Shown piece by piece: positions 45,803 to 55,923 of a stretch of 64,000 nucleotides of DNA; position 1 is the stretch's first letter, and every line of letters begins with the position of its first letter. The DNA lies in assembly GCF_048403405.1 (NCBI RefSeq), contig NZ_CP183129.1. One strand, 5' to 3'. Source of the stretch: Escherichia coli. Its GTDB lineage: Bacteria > Pseudomonadota > Gammaproteobacteria > Enterobacterales > Enterobacteriaceae. The notes under the pieces are model-generated. The model did not search any database, was not told where the DNA came from, and saw only the letters and a list, made by a program, of their open reading frames with translations. The translations under genes were made by a program, and so were the position numbers.

Positions 45803-48800
45803 TAATCCCAGCGGATCCAGCCGTTGCACCGGGTTCAGTGGATACGCATACAGGTTCCATCCCCCCTTCAGCCCAATCGGATCCTGGGTGATATACCTCC
45901 CCTGTAGCGGGTCATAGTACCGGTGACGGTTGTAGTACAGCCCCGACTCCTCATCATACTGCTGCCCCGGCAGACGGAGTGACTGTTGAAGGTGCTGCGC
46001 GCTGGTTTCGCCCAGCAGGTTTCCCCACTCGTCATACTCCCCGCGCCACGCCGTTTCCCCTTCCGGGCTGATAAGCGCCTGCGGCAGCCCACGGTGGTCA
46101 CAGTGGTAAAGATGAAGTTTCCTCTCCGGGATGTATTCCGCCTCCAGTTGCGCCGCCATCTGTTCCGCCGTCAACCCACACTGTGCAAGCCACTGCTGGC
46201 TTTCTTCACTCACGCTGCCCTGCCGCAGTTCCCGCTCCAGCCTCCCCAGCATCACCGCCAGCTCCGCCGGTAGCGTCACACCCGTGTCCTCCTGCAACAC
46301 CTCCGCCAGGCTACGGTGCCGCGCCTTCGCCTGTTCGCCATTCTCTGTTTCGATTCTCAGGAGCGGCGTGAAGCTCCCCGGCTGGTATACCGTCTGGATA
46401 CGCGTGGTGTCGGTCTGTACCGTCGTCAGCCTGTCGCCGTCCCACCCGTACCAGGTCACCTCCGGTTTACGCGACAGCGACATCCACCCCGTCAGGTCAC
46501 GCTCCCGCCGCCACACCCGTTTTCCCGTCCGGCGGCCCAGCGGGTCATAGAGGTAGCGGCTCTCCACCTGTGGCTCGCCGTGCTGTATCCGCGTGTAGAA
46601 CACCAGGCGGTGCTGGCTGTCGTAATGGTAGTGGTGCGTCCGCTCGTCGTGCATCCGTATCACCCCTTCCGGGATACGGTCCGTCTTCTCCGCCAGCCTG
46701 CCGTATTCATCGTAGCGGTAGACATAGTGCGCATCTTCCGTGATGCGGTTATCCGGCCACGCCGTGAAGGTGCTGTCCGGGTGCAGTTCCGGGTCCGGCA
46801 GCCGGTTTCCTGCCGGGTCCGTCGCATACGGGATATCAATGTCCAGGTTCGCTGCCGTGGTGTGGACGCCCGTCAGCCTTCCCGTGTCGCTGTAACGGTA
46901 CTCCCGGCTCTCCTGCGGGCCGCTGATGCGAATTAGCTGTCCGTTGTCGTTCCAGTCGTAGTCACGGTCAAGCTGCGGAAGGTTCAGGTGCCTGCTCCGG
47001 AGCTGGCCGCTGGTATTCCAGGCGGTGGCAAGCTCATATGCCTCCCCGCCGAAGCTGCGGGCCGTCTCACGGTGCAGCCGGTCCCGCGTGTACTCGACCA
47101 GTGGCGTACCACCCAGCTTCATTCCCGCAAGATAACCGCTGCCATACGTCAGCCACTCCACCGGCGGCAGACCGTCCGGCTCCTGACGGGTCGCCAGCCC
47201 CTGTTCGCTGTACGCGTGCTTCATCTCATGCTCCCACAGCATCTCCCCCGTCTCCGGGTTCTCCACCGTCTGCCGTTCGCCGGTCAGGCGGCCTTTATCG
47301 TCGTGGCCGTAGTGGACCGCCACACGGTGGCCTTCGCTGATATGGCTGATTTCTGTCAGCCAGCCGTGCTCATCATACTGCCACTGCTCCGCCGGGTCGC
47401 CGTTCACCGTCCGGTGCGTGATGCGGTCCGACGCATCGTAATGCCAGAGGGTGATAAGTCCCTCGTCTTCACTGTGGACAAGCTGCCCTGTGGCGCTGTA
47501 CCGGTAACGCTGCGTCCTGCCGTCAAAGCCGCGCTGCTCCGTCAGCCTGTCCACCGGGTCATACCGGAACGTGGACTGGCTGCCGTTCTCGTTGGTCAGC
47601 ACGGTGATGCGCCCGGCAGCGTCATACCCCATGCTGCGCGTCAGACCGCCTTCCGTCACACTCACCGGACGCCCGCGTTTATCATATTCGATGGTGCTGC
47701 GTTTACCGTCCGGTGATATCGTTGCTGTCAGGTCGCCTGCGGCGCTGTACTCATAACGGGTTTCACGCCCCTGCGCATCCTTCTGACTGACCAGTTGGCC
47801 TCGCGGGTTATAACTGCTGTAAGTGCTGATGCCTTCCTCCCGGTGAACGGCGATTTGTTGACCGTACCGGTCATACTCATACCGCGTCATGTACCCCGAG
47901 CAGTCCGTGAAGGCCCGAAGCTGACCGTACCGGTTTCGCGTTATTCTCCGCGTCACCCCGATTCCGTCTTCCACCGCGCCGGGCAGGCTACTGCGGGGGG
48001 AGTCATAAAACCAGCGCGTAATGTTACCGTTGCGCGAGATCTCTTCTGCCAGTCGGCCCTGACGGTCATATTTCCGGCTGCTGCGTAAACCATCCGGATA
48101 TGTCACTGAAGTCAGTTGCAACTGGCTGTTGTAACCATACCGTACCGTCCTGCCGTCCGGCAGTATCACTGAAGTCAGCTTTCCAGACGCCATATGCAGC
48201 CGGTACTCCGTCCGCCGTCCTGCCGCATCCGTCTGCGCCTTCAGCCTCCCCGCCTCATCATACTCGCTGCGGGTGATGCTCCCGTCGGCATGCTCCTTCT
48301 TCACCACACGCTTCAGGCCACCCCCGCCTTCCGTGTACAGCACCTCCCGCCGGTTCAGGCTGTCCGTGATGGTCACACGGTCCTGCCCGTACTCAAAGCG
48401 GTAGTCCAGCCCCTCCGGGTTGACCTGCTCCGTCACCCGCCCGGTATCATCATACCGGTAGCGGCTCTCCGGCCTCCCTGCATAATGGTGCGCCACCATC
48501 CGCCCGGCGTGCTCCGCATCATAAGTAAACCCGCGCACCTGCGTCCCGCTGCGGTCATACACCGCCCGCAGTTCTCCGCTGGCCGTGTACGTATAGCGCG
48601 CCAGCGGCGCAGTCGGCTGTTCATCCGGGTATGCCGGGTCGTGTGTCAGCCACACCGCCTCCAGCCGGATACCGTTATCGGCACCGTATTCTGTACCGGC
48701 GGGCAGCGTATCGGGGAAAACCTGAGAAGAGGAAACAGAACGGGGACCGGCTGGAGAAGATAAAGAAGAGGCGCGCTGTTTACGGAAGGCTTCCGCCCGC

Positions 48801-49573
48801 TGCGCCTGCGTGCTCAGCGCCAGGTGAAAACAGCGGCCCGCGCCGTCCGTCACCCCCGTCACCGCACCCGCCACGTCACCCTCTGCCGCCCGGTGGAAGG
48901 CCAGCGTCCGCCCGAAGCCGTCCACCACGCCCGTCAGCACCCGGTATGCGGGCGGCTCCGGCGGCAGCACCTCGTCCGCCCCCGGCACCCGCTCCGGCCA
49001 GCCGAGCACCAGCCACTGCCCGGTTGTGCTGGCAGCCATCATATAGATGTGTGGACTCAGACGGACCGCTTCCGGCAACGCCCGCCAGAGCCGCGCAAGC
49101 GGGTGGCCTTTGTGCTGCTGTTTCAGCACCCCGCACCGCGCCAGCCAGAACGACTCGCTGCGGCTGTAGCTTATCTCGCCGGGAAACAGGGGTTCAAAGT
49201 GAATGCTCCTGCCGCCGCTGTCGTTGAGTATCAGGCCTTCATCGCGTATCTGTAAGCGGATATCGAAGGGGGCTTTCCAGCCGGGACCAAACACCCCCAC
49301 CGGCGCGGGCGTCCTGGTCCGGTAGCTGCTGTAGGCGCGGAAAAGAACAAACGGCAGCGGGCCGGACAGTGCCAGGTCGGTTTCAGCAGGCAGCACCTTC
49401 GCTCCCAGCAGCGGGTTTACCGGATTGCCATATTTCGGCGTGGCTTCCCCTGTGGGACACACCGAGCAGGCCACACCGGTTGGCGCACCTATCAGCACCC
49501 CTGCTGAACCCTGCACAATATCCAGTCCCTTGCGGGTCATGTCACCCTGCCGCGCCGCCGGTTTTCCACCCAT
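45071..49573 (-). CDS. rhs: PAAR-domain Rhs-family T6SS effector (RhsA-like core with variable C-terminal toxin)
   Basis: 1500 aa; N-terminal PAAR-like [13 protein letters not shown]...[18 protein letters not shown]; YD repeats; core end ...[42 protein letters not shown]. Confidence 0.9.
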   Translation of the reverse strand: MGGKPAARQGDMTRKGLDIVQGSAGVLIGAPTGVACSVCPTGEATPKYGNPVNPLLGAKVLPAETDLALSGPLPFVLFRAYSSYRTRTPAPVGVFGPGWKAPFDIRLQIRDEGLILNDSGGRSIHFEPLFPGEISYSRSESFWLARCGVLKQQHKGHPLARLWRALPEAVRLSPHIYMMAASTTGQWLVLGWPERVPGADEVLPPEPPAYRVLTGVVDGFGRTLAFHRAAEGDVAGAVTGVTDGAGRCFHLALSTQAQRAEAFRKQRASSLSSPAGPRSVSSSQVFPDTLPAGTEYGADNGIRLEAVWLTHDPAYPDEQPTAPLARYTYTASGELRAVYDRSGTQVRGFTYDAEHAGRMVAHHYAGRPESRYRYDDTGRVTEQVNPEGLDYRFEYGQDRVTITDSLNRREVLYTEGGGGLKRVVKKEHADGSITRSEYDEAGRLKAQTDAAGRRTEYRLHMASGKLTSVILPDGRTVRYGYNSQLQLTSVTYPDGLRSSRKYDRQGRLAEEISRNGNITRWFYDSPRSSLPGAVEDGIGVTRRITRNRYGQLRAFTDCSGYMTRYEYDRYGQQIAVHREEGISTYSSYNPRGQLVSQKDAQGRETRYEYSAAGDLTATISPDGKRSTIEYDKRGRPVSVTEGGLTRSMGYDAAGRITVLTNENGSQSTFRYDPVDRLTEQRGFDGRTQRYRYSATGQLVHSEDEGLITLWHYDASDRITHRTVNGDPAEQWQYDEHGWLTEISHISEGHRVAVHYGHDDKGRLTGERQTVENPETGEMLWEHEMKHAYSEQGLATRQEPDGLPPVEWLTYGSGYLAGMKLGGTPLVEYTRDRLHRETARSFGGEAYELATAWNTSGQLRSRHLNLPQLDRDYDWNDNGQLIRISGPQESREYRYSDTGRLTGVHTTAANLDIDIPYATDPAGNRLPDPELHPDSTFTAWPDNRITEDAHYVYRYDEYGRLAEKTDRIPEGVIRMHDERTHHYHYDSQHRLVFYTRIQHGEPQVESRYLYDPLGRRTGKRVWRRERDLTGWMSLSRKPEVTWYGWDGDRLTTVQTDTTRIQTVYQPGSFTPLLRIETENGEQAKARHRSLAEVLQEDTGVTLPAELAVMLGRLERELRQGSVSEESQQWLAQCGLTAEQMAAQLEAEYIPERKLHLYHCDHRGLPQALISPEGETAWRGEYDEWGNLLGETSAQHLQQSLRLPGQQYDEESGLYYNRHRYYDPLQGRYITQDPIGLKGGWNLYAYPLNPVQRLDPLGLSAALGAGALTAMGTGSEVGTEIGSVGGPPGMLVGAAVGTVVIGGGIIIYNNREAVGDAIEKSMEMQGEAELLNAQSQMEFWRDPYGAFSSVFGNDDSSKENPNVGKDLTEEEKNCLGGGSTGSPGGWGPEDENSARDRMQHERYKDELRQKMGKPDVTDSNLKNIIDDLYRPNAKVGSGSTADAVRYELATGEKVGGRGHVLKAQDYTRALQDWLDKNPTASPGDRAAAENVLQDLQNALGGK

Positions 49574-49648
49574 GAATCAATTCCTTCTGCTTTTAATATG
49601 GTTTATCTGGTCACTGCACCAGTTCCGTTTTAATTTTTTGCACCTGAC

Positions 49649-51790
49649 TCAAAATTGCCGCATATCCGGCATTCCGGGGGGTAAATCTTTCGGCACAGGC
49701 GCATCCGGTACAGGTTGTGTGGCACCACAGTTCCAGTTAATCACCGGCGCATCACCGTTCACATCCGACTCTCCTTCCAGATGAATGTGCGTACCATTGA
49801 GAAATATGCTTCCGTCCTTCGTCAGCACCAACCTTGCCTTACCGCAGCAGAGTTCCAGATGCTCACCGGCAGAATAAACTGCTGTTTGTCCGGTGTTTTC
49901 CTTCATCGTCTTGCCCACCGAGAAGGTGACGTTATTCCCTACATTGACGCTGTAGCCCATTCCCACCATCAGTGATTTATGCAGCCCTACCTGTGAGGAC
50001 TGCAACAACGCCACCGAGGTATTCATGATGCCGCCTACCGTCGTCTGGTAAGCCACGCCCACCGTCAGCGCACGAATGATCCCCACCTTTTCAACCTGGT
50101 TTGAACCCACTTTGACAATCTGGTTGCTGCCTACCGTTTCCACCTGGTTGACACCAACCGTCTGTATCTGATTAACGCCAATGTTCTGGATCTGGTTATT
50201 GGTAACGGTGATCGCCTGGTTGTTACCTATTTTTTCGGCATGGTTGTTTATCACATCAGTGGTGCGGTTATTCAGCACCTCGGTGTTCATGTTCTTCTGC
50301 GCGTGGATGTAGACCTGTTCTTTCCCTGTCGCATCGTCAAACTTCAGTTCATTAAACCCGCTGCCCTTATAGGTTTTTGAACGAATGGTCATCTGCGTCT
50401 TTGTTCCCGGCAGGCTGCCGGGGGTGCGGTTTTCCTGGTGGTAGGTGCGCCCCATAATAATCGGCTGGTCCGGATCGCCGTTGAGGAAGTCCACAATGAC
50501 TTCCTGACCCACACGCGGTATCGCCAGGTTGCCAAAGCCGGTGCCTGCCCACGCCTGTGCCACACGGATCCAGCATGAACTGTCCTGGTTTGACGGGTTA
50601 TAGCGGTCCCAGTTAAATTTCACCCGCACGCGGCCATGTTCATCACAGAAGATTTCTTCTCCTGCCGGTCCCGTCACGACGGCGCTCTGCGGGCCGTCCA
50701 CCAGCGGTTTCAGCAACGGCTGTGGCCGCCATGTTCTGTCTGCCGGTATTACCGCAAAGTGGTTATTCAGCGTGGTACCTGAACCCCTGCGTCCCGGCAC
50801 CGCCTGCGGCTGCTCGCCGTGCAGTTCACTTGCCACCACCTGCCATTCCCGGTTCAGGTTCGCCTGCGGATGCCCCGTCAGCGCAATTCGCCGTCCCGGC
50901 CATATCTCCGGCGAACGGCTTGTTCCGCGCGCCACTTCTGCGTTGTTTCGCCAGCCATCCATCTGCCAGCAGGCAAAGTTCTGCCCGTGGGCACCCTTGA
51001 AACGTCCGGGGTAGTCATACACTTCATACTGTGTGCGCTGGTAATCCTGGTGCTGGCCTTCCTGATCAAAACGCCCTGCCCAGCCGGGTCGTTTAAAGGT
51101 GTAGTCTTTGGTCACCACGGAAGATGGGCGGATTTGTGCGCTGTAGAGGAACTGGCTGATGCATAGGGTGCTCACCTCGGTACGGGTGTTCGGATTCCAG
51201 GGGATCTCAAAGGACTCCGGCAGATAACGCACGGTGTCGCACAGGACCAGGCTCTGGTCGGTACTTTTTTGCGCGTGCTCCTCATAAAAGAAGATGCCTT
51301 CCTCCGCCGCCATCCGGCACAGGAAATCGTAATCGGTTTCGCCGTACTGGACACAAAACTCACGGGAAGGATGCGGCTCGCTGAACAGCGGACTCCACTC
51401 GGTCACCCCGTTTTCTTTCAGGATCGTCGCGAGTATGCTTTCGATGTCCTCATTCTGGAAGATACGGAAGTTCTGGCGCAGCCCTGTGCGCCACAGCGGT
51501 GGGCACACCTTCATGCTGTACAGCATCTGGTTTTTGTCGTTCTCCCCCAGTTCAAACCAGGTCACCACACCTTTCACCCGGCGCTGTACGTCATCGCCCT
51601 GCCATACCGTCAGGTAGGCCATTTTGTCCAGCACCTGCGCAAATTCAAGGGAGAGAAACTGCTGGCTGACCAGAGAGAGATCGAGGGAAAAGAGCGAAGA
51701 GAGTGACTGGTTCAGATGAAAGGAGACCACCGCAAACGCGTCCGGTGGCAGGCCGTCCACTTCCAGCGTGAAACGTAATCCGGTTGACAT
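49649..51790 (-). CDS. vgrG: T6SS spike protein VgrG (TssI)
   Basis: 713 aa; gp27/gp5-like; beta-helical repeats (...NNQIQNIGVNQIQTVGVNQVETVGSNQIVKVGSNQVEKVG...). Confidence 0.9.
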   Translation of the reverse strand: MSTGLRFTLEVDGLPPDAFAVVSFHLNQSLSSLFSLDLSLVSQQFLSLEFAQVLDKMAYLTVWQGDDVQRRVKGVVTWFELGENDKNQMLYSMKVCPPLWRTGLRQNFRIFQNEDIESILATILKENGVTEWSPLFSEPHPSREFCVQYGETDYDFLCRMAAEEGIFFYEEHAQKSTDQSLVLCDTVRYLPESFEIPWNPNTRTEVSTLCISQFLYSAQIRPSSVVTKDYTFKRPGWAGRFDQEGQHQDYQRTQYEVYDYPGRFKGAHGQNFACWQMDGWRNNAEVARGTSRSPEIWPGRRIALTGHPQANLNREWQVVASELHGEQPQAVPGRRGSGTTLNNHFAVIPADRTWRPQPLLKPLVDGPQSAVVTGPAGEEIFCDEHGRVRVKFNWDRYNPSNQDSSCWIRVAQAWAGTGFGNLAIPRVGQEVIVDFLNGDPDQPIIMGRTYHQENRTPGSLPGTKTQMTIRSKTYKGSGFNELKFDDATGKEQVYIHAQKNMNTEVLNNRTTDVINNHAEKIGNNQAITVTNNQIQNIGVNQIQTVGVNQVETVGSNQIVKVGSNQVEKVGIIRALTVGVAYQTTVGGIMNTSVALLQSSQVGLHKSLMVGMGYSVNVGNNVTFSVGKTMKENTGQTAVYSAGEHLELCCGKARLVLTKDGSIFLNGTHIHLEGESDVNGDAPVINWNCGATQPVPDAPVPKDLPPGMPDMRQF

Positions 51791-51999
51791 AGCAACCTCC
51801 GGGTTTAAGGAAAAACAGACAGTTCGCTGTTAAAGCGGCTGTAACAGTACAGTGTTACGCTTGCGTTCAGGCACGCTACCGCCGAAGTTTCCGGCATCCG
51901 CCATCTCCCGTGAACGTAACCCCTTACTGACAACCTTTCTTTTTACGGCGTAATACAAAAACAGCATCCGGCCTAATAGCCGGATGCTGTTGGCTTAAC

Positions 52000-52518
52000 T
52001 TATGCTTCCAGCGGTGCGCGCCAGTCGTCGGCACCGGAGGTGCCAGACTTGACGTGTTCCCACTCTATTTTGCGGTAGGCCAGTGAAACTTCGAGCAACT
52101 GGGTGAACTCGCGTTTCGCCGGATCCTGGCAATGCGGCATATGCAGTTTCATATCGACAATCGTCGAATCGGTCAGGCGGGTGGTGAAATAATGCTCCTG
52201 TTTGCCTTCCACAGAGGTACGCCACCAGTGAAGTTCAGTGGTTGGCAGCATTTCGCCGGAGGCCAGTGCGTTGTACATCAGCGGAACAGCTTTGTTCAGC
52301 GCCACGGTAAAAATGAACGGCTTGTGAGCACGCTGACCCGCAGGCTGGCCGGACTGAGGATCGGTCGGGACAGTAACGTTATGCAGGAATTCCTGCACCA
52401 GCATCTCGTCTTCGTGCCCCTGCACATAGATGTTGCCGACAGAATCAGCGGTAAATGCACCTGCAGTAATATTTCCCTGGGTCTGACCAGTGATGGAGAT
52501 ATAACACGGTGTTGGCAT
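52000..52518 (-). CDS. hcp: T6SS tube protein Hcp (TssD)
   Basis: 172-aa ORF MPTPCYISITGQTQGNITAGAF... Confidence 0.9.
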   Translation of the reverse strand: MPTPCYISITGQTQGNITAGAFTADSVGNIYVQGHEDEMLVQEFLHNVTVPTDPQSGQPAGQRAHKPFIFTVALNKAVPLMYNALASGEMLPTTELHWWRTSVEGKQEHYFTTRLTDSTIVDMKLHMPHCQDPAKREFTQLLEVSLAYRKIEWEHVKSGTSGADDWRAPLEA

Positions 52519-53214
52519 TTGTAAACTCCTTGTTAACGTGGTTAATTACTACTTACAATGACCTGCCGTTAATCCCAGACAGGCAGATGCAACTCACTTC
52601 ACGGAACCGCATCATTTTTCAGTATTTTTTACATACAAACCGAGCTAGAATTTACGGTTGTCGTAAAAACTATTTTTAAAATCATTAAATCTCTTATTCA
52701 GCAATAAGTTAATAATATATATCTGGATAACCATACCCAACTGTTCAAAGTCCGTATTGCCTCCATAAAATGGCCAAAGCTGAATCATGAATAAATATTG
52801 TATTTATCCTTTCTGAATTATCATTTTGATAATTTTTGAGATATTCCTTAAAAATACCCACTTAATCAATCACAAAACAAATATATAAACAAGCAATCAT
52901 CAGATTAGCTTATGTTTAATGAAATTATTATATAATTCAATAAGTTACATAAAAACTCTATATTTAAATTATTGCCATAATACACCTGACGCGAATTTCG
53001 AAGGTTCACACAATCTATTTAACGCTTGCAGAATACCTCTCTTTACGATCGATAAAAAGTCCTTTTCTTATTTATTTTGAAGCGTAGAATGCGGGGTGAT
53101 GAAGGAGTGGTGATTTTATTTTCACCGCCATTAAGGCGGCATTGCCGATATTTTTTTGCGGTACAAATATGCCGTGTTCATGGCCTGTACGAGATAACAT
53201 GACGGATCACTTTT
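52519..53214. promoter_or_regulatory. AT-rich divergent intergenic control region between hcp-vgrG-rhs (-) and tssB operon (+)
   Basis: About 700 bp non-coding, very AT-rich with A/T tracts; flanked by divergent operon starts. Confidence 0.5.
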
Positions 53215-53715
53215 ATGAGCAAAAAATTTGAAGGCAGCGTCGCGCCTCGCGAGCGTATAAATATATCCTATGTCCCGAAGACGGACGGCCAGACGGCTGA
53301 AGTGGAGCTTCCGCTTAACATGCTCGTTGTCGGCGATACCGGAAATACGCAGGAGACATCCCCACTGGATGAACGTCAGGCAGTTTCCGTTAACAAGCAC
53401 AATTTCGGTGCGGTGATGGCTGAAGCAGCCATTGGCCTCAATTTTACCGTCCCCGCCACGCTGAAGGGAAGCACAACGGACGATGAACTGAATGTGGCGC
53501 TGAATATCAAGTCACTGGATGATTTTTCACCGGACAGCGTGGCCCGGCAGGTTCCGGAAGTTAATAAATTGCTGGAATTGCGTGAAGCACTGACTGCGCT
53601 GAAGGGGCCGATGGGCAACCTTCCGGCATTCCGTACCCAGCTCCAGGCATTGCTGGAAAATGAGGAGTCCCGCGAGCAGTTGCTCAAAGAAATCGGCCAA
53701 GTGAGTGGGAAATAA
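53215..53715 (+). CDS. tssB: T6SS contractile sheath small subunit TssB
   Basis: 166 aa; motif RERINISYVPKTDGQTAEVELPLNMLVVGD. Confidence 0.88.
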   Translation: MSKKFEGSVAPRERINISYVPKTDGQTAEVELPLNMLVVGDTGNTQETSPLDERQAVSVNKHNFGAVMAEAAIGLNFTVPATLKGSTTDDELNVALNIKSLDDFSPDSVARQVPEVNKLLELREALTALKGPMGNLPAFRTQLQALLENEESREQLLKEIGQVSGK

Positions 53716-53749
53716 CCACCACTATTTCATTAAACAGGGTTATCCAGAC

Positions 53750-53974
53750 ATGGCGGCACACAAAAATATCTCCGGGAAAAACCCCCTCTCTGACGAAGAC
53801 ATTTTGCAGGCGGTTTACCGGGTATGTTTCAGCCCGTCCGGTGAAATCAACCGGGATGGCGTGGATGCGCTGATTACAACACTGGATCGCCGTATCAGTG
53901 ATCTATTGGATGAGATTATCCATTTTTGTGAGTTTCAGCAGAGCGCGTCGCACTGGCAGCGCGTACTTCACTGA
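53750..53974 (+). CDS. Hypothetical small protein between tssB and tssC
   Basis: ORF MAAHKNISGKNPLSDEDILQAVYRVCFSPSGEINRDGVDALITTLDRRISDLLDEIIHF...; conserved-looking operon position but no family recognised. Confidence 0.35.
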   Translation: MAAHKNISGKNPLSDEDILQAVYRVCFSPSGEINRDGVDALITTLDRRISDLLDEIIHFCEFQQSASHWQRVLH

Positions 53975-54024
53975 TGGCGAAAAGCCGGTTTCAGAAACAC
54001 AGCTAAAACAGAAGGATTTTCAGT

Positions 54025-55500
54025 ATGTCTTTACAGGAAGAGGAACTCGTTTCCAGTCATGCCGGGCAGCCTGAGCAGGCATCGTCGCTGCTTGATCAAA
54101 TCATGGCACAGACCCGTATTCAGCCCGGTTCGGAAGGTTATGACGTTGCCCGCCAGGGTGTGACAGCCTTTATTGCCAGCATCCTGCAATCCACTGCATC
54201 TGCCGAACCGGTCAATAAACTGGCCGTGGACAGCATGATTGCAGATATTGATGAACGCATCAGCCGCCAGATGGATGTCATCATCCATGCGCCTGCCTTT
54301 CAGCAGGTCGAGTCGTTCTGGCGCTCACTGAAAACCATGGTGGATCGCGTTGATTTCCGTGAAAACATCAAGGTCAACGTGCTTCATGTCACCAAGCAGG
54401 AACTTCTGGAAGACTTTGAGTTTGCGCCAGAAATTATTCAGTCCGGATTTTATAAGCACGTTTATTCGTCCGGTTTCGGACAGTTTGGCGGTGAACCCAT
54501 CGCTGCCGTGCTGGGCGCTTATGAGTTCAAAAATACCGCGCCTGACATGAAACTGCTGCAATACGTCAGTGCCGTGGGCGCAATGGCGCACGCACCGTTC
54601 CTGTCCTCCGTTTCCCCGGAGTTTATGGGGCTGAACTCGTGGACCGAACTGCCTAATATCAAAGATCTTTATGCCATCTTTGAAGGTCCGGCCTACACCA
54701 AATGGCGCGCCCTGCGAGACTCGGAAGATTCGCGCTATATAGGGCTTACGGCACCCCGCTTCCTGCTTCGCCAGCCTTATTCACCAACAGATAACCCTGT
54801 TAAGAACTTTAACTATCACGAAGATGTCAGCCGGAACCACGAAGATTATCTGTGGGGTAATACGGCCTGGATGCTGGCGTGCAATGTCGCAGACAGTTTT
54901 GCCAAATACCGCTGGTGTCCAAATATCATCGGTCCGCAAAGCGGCGGCGCAGTGAAAGATCTGCCGGTGCATCTGTTCGAAACGATGGGTCAGATTCAGG
55001 CCAAAATCCCAACCGAGGTGCTGGTCACCGATCGCCGCGAATTTGAACTGGCTGAAGAGGGTTTTATCACCCTTACCATGCGTAAAGACTCTGATAATGC
55101 AGCCTTTTTCTCTGCAAACTCGGTACAAAAACCGAAGCACTTTCCGGGCAAAGACGCAGAAACCAACTATAAGTTGGGTACGCAGCTTCCTTATCTCTTC
55201 ATCATCAATCGGTTAGCGCACTACATCAAGGTGTTGCAGCGTGAACAACTGGGGTCATGGAAAGAAAGGAGCGACTTAGAGAGGGAGCTTAATACCTGGA
55301 TCCGTCAGTATGTTGCCGACCAGGAAAACCCGCCTGCGGACGTGCGCAGCCGCAAGCCTCTGCGTGCTGCCAGAGTTGAGGTTATGGATGTGGAAGGCGA
55401 ACCCGGCTGGTACCAGGTCGCGCTGAGCGTGCGGCCCCATTTTAAATTTATGGGGGCAAACTTTGAGCTTTCCCTGGTTGGCCGGTTAGACAGGGAGTAA
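54025..55500 (+). CDS. tssC: T6SS contractile sheath large subunit TssC
   Basis: 491-aa ORF following tssB. Confidence 0.9.
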   Translation: MSLQEEELVSSHAGQPEQASSLLDQIMAQTRIQPGSEGYDVARQGVTAFIASILQSTASAEPVNKLAVDSMIADIDERISRQMDVIIHAPAFQQVESFWRSLKTMVDRVDFRENIKVNVLHVTKQELLEDFEFAPEIIQSGFYKHVYSSGFGQFGGEPIAAVLGAYEFKNTAPDMKLLQYVSAVGAMAHAPFLSSVSPEFMGLNSWTELPNIKDLYAIFEGPAYTKWRALRDSEDSRYIGLTAPRFLLRQPYSPTDNPVKNFNYHEDVSRNHEDYLWGNTAWMLACNVADSFAKYRWCPNIIGPQSGGAVKDLPVHLFETMGQIQAKIPTEVLVTDRREFELAEEGFITLTMRKDSDNAAFFSANSVQKPKHFPGKDAETNYKLGTQLPYLFIINRLAHYIKVLQREQLGSWKERSDLERELNTWIRQYVADQENPPADVRSRKPLRAARVEVMDVEGEPGWYQVALSVRPHFKFMGANFELSLVGRLDRE

Positions 55501-55506
55501 CACGCC

Positions 55507-55920
55507 ATGATACCGGATCGGGAAAGAACCACAGGTTCTCTTTTTGAGCGTATGGAAGCCTCACCGGCCAGAAACTGGCAAGGAAGCAGTATTCATGCGC
55601 TCAGGCAGTCCATTCGCCAGAACCTGCGAAACATTCTTAATACCCGATCCGGTAGTTGCCGGGGTGCGCCTGAACTGGGCATTGATGAACCTGAAGGGGC
55701 TGAAAACTTCCGCGAATCAATGAGTCTGGCCATCGCGCAATGTATAGAACGCTATGAACCCCGGATCTCACACGCTGAAGTGCAGGCTGTGGTTTCATCC
55801 GCCGCCAGCCCGCTGGATATGACGTTTCGTATTACAGCCTGGGTGACATTTAACGAAACGCATGAGGTGCTTGAATTTGATATGGCACCGAATGGCAGCC
55901 AGCATTACCGGGTGGACTGA
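55507..55920 (+). CDS. tssE: T6SS baseplate protein TssE (gp25-like)
   Basis: 137 aa; SLFERM and ...RQNLRNILNTRSGS motifs. Confidence 0.75.
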   Translation: MIPDRERTTGSLFERMEASPARNWQGSSIHALRQSIRQNLRNILNTRSGSCRGAPELGIDEPEGAENFRESMSLAIAQCIERYEPRISHAEVQAVVSSAASPLDMTFRITAWVTFNETHEVLEFDMAPNGSQHYRVD

Positions 55921-55923
55921 CAA

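Noticed and set aside
45397-49575. Numerous + strand ORFs (e.g. 46316-46936, 46988-47716, 48194-48763, 48631-49227) inside the Rhs gene, several Pro/Arg/Ala-rich
   Set aside because: They are antisense to a well-supported 1500-aa Rhs ORF in a GC-rich repeat core; long antisense ORFs with low-complexity translations are expected there by chance.
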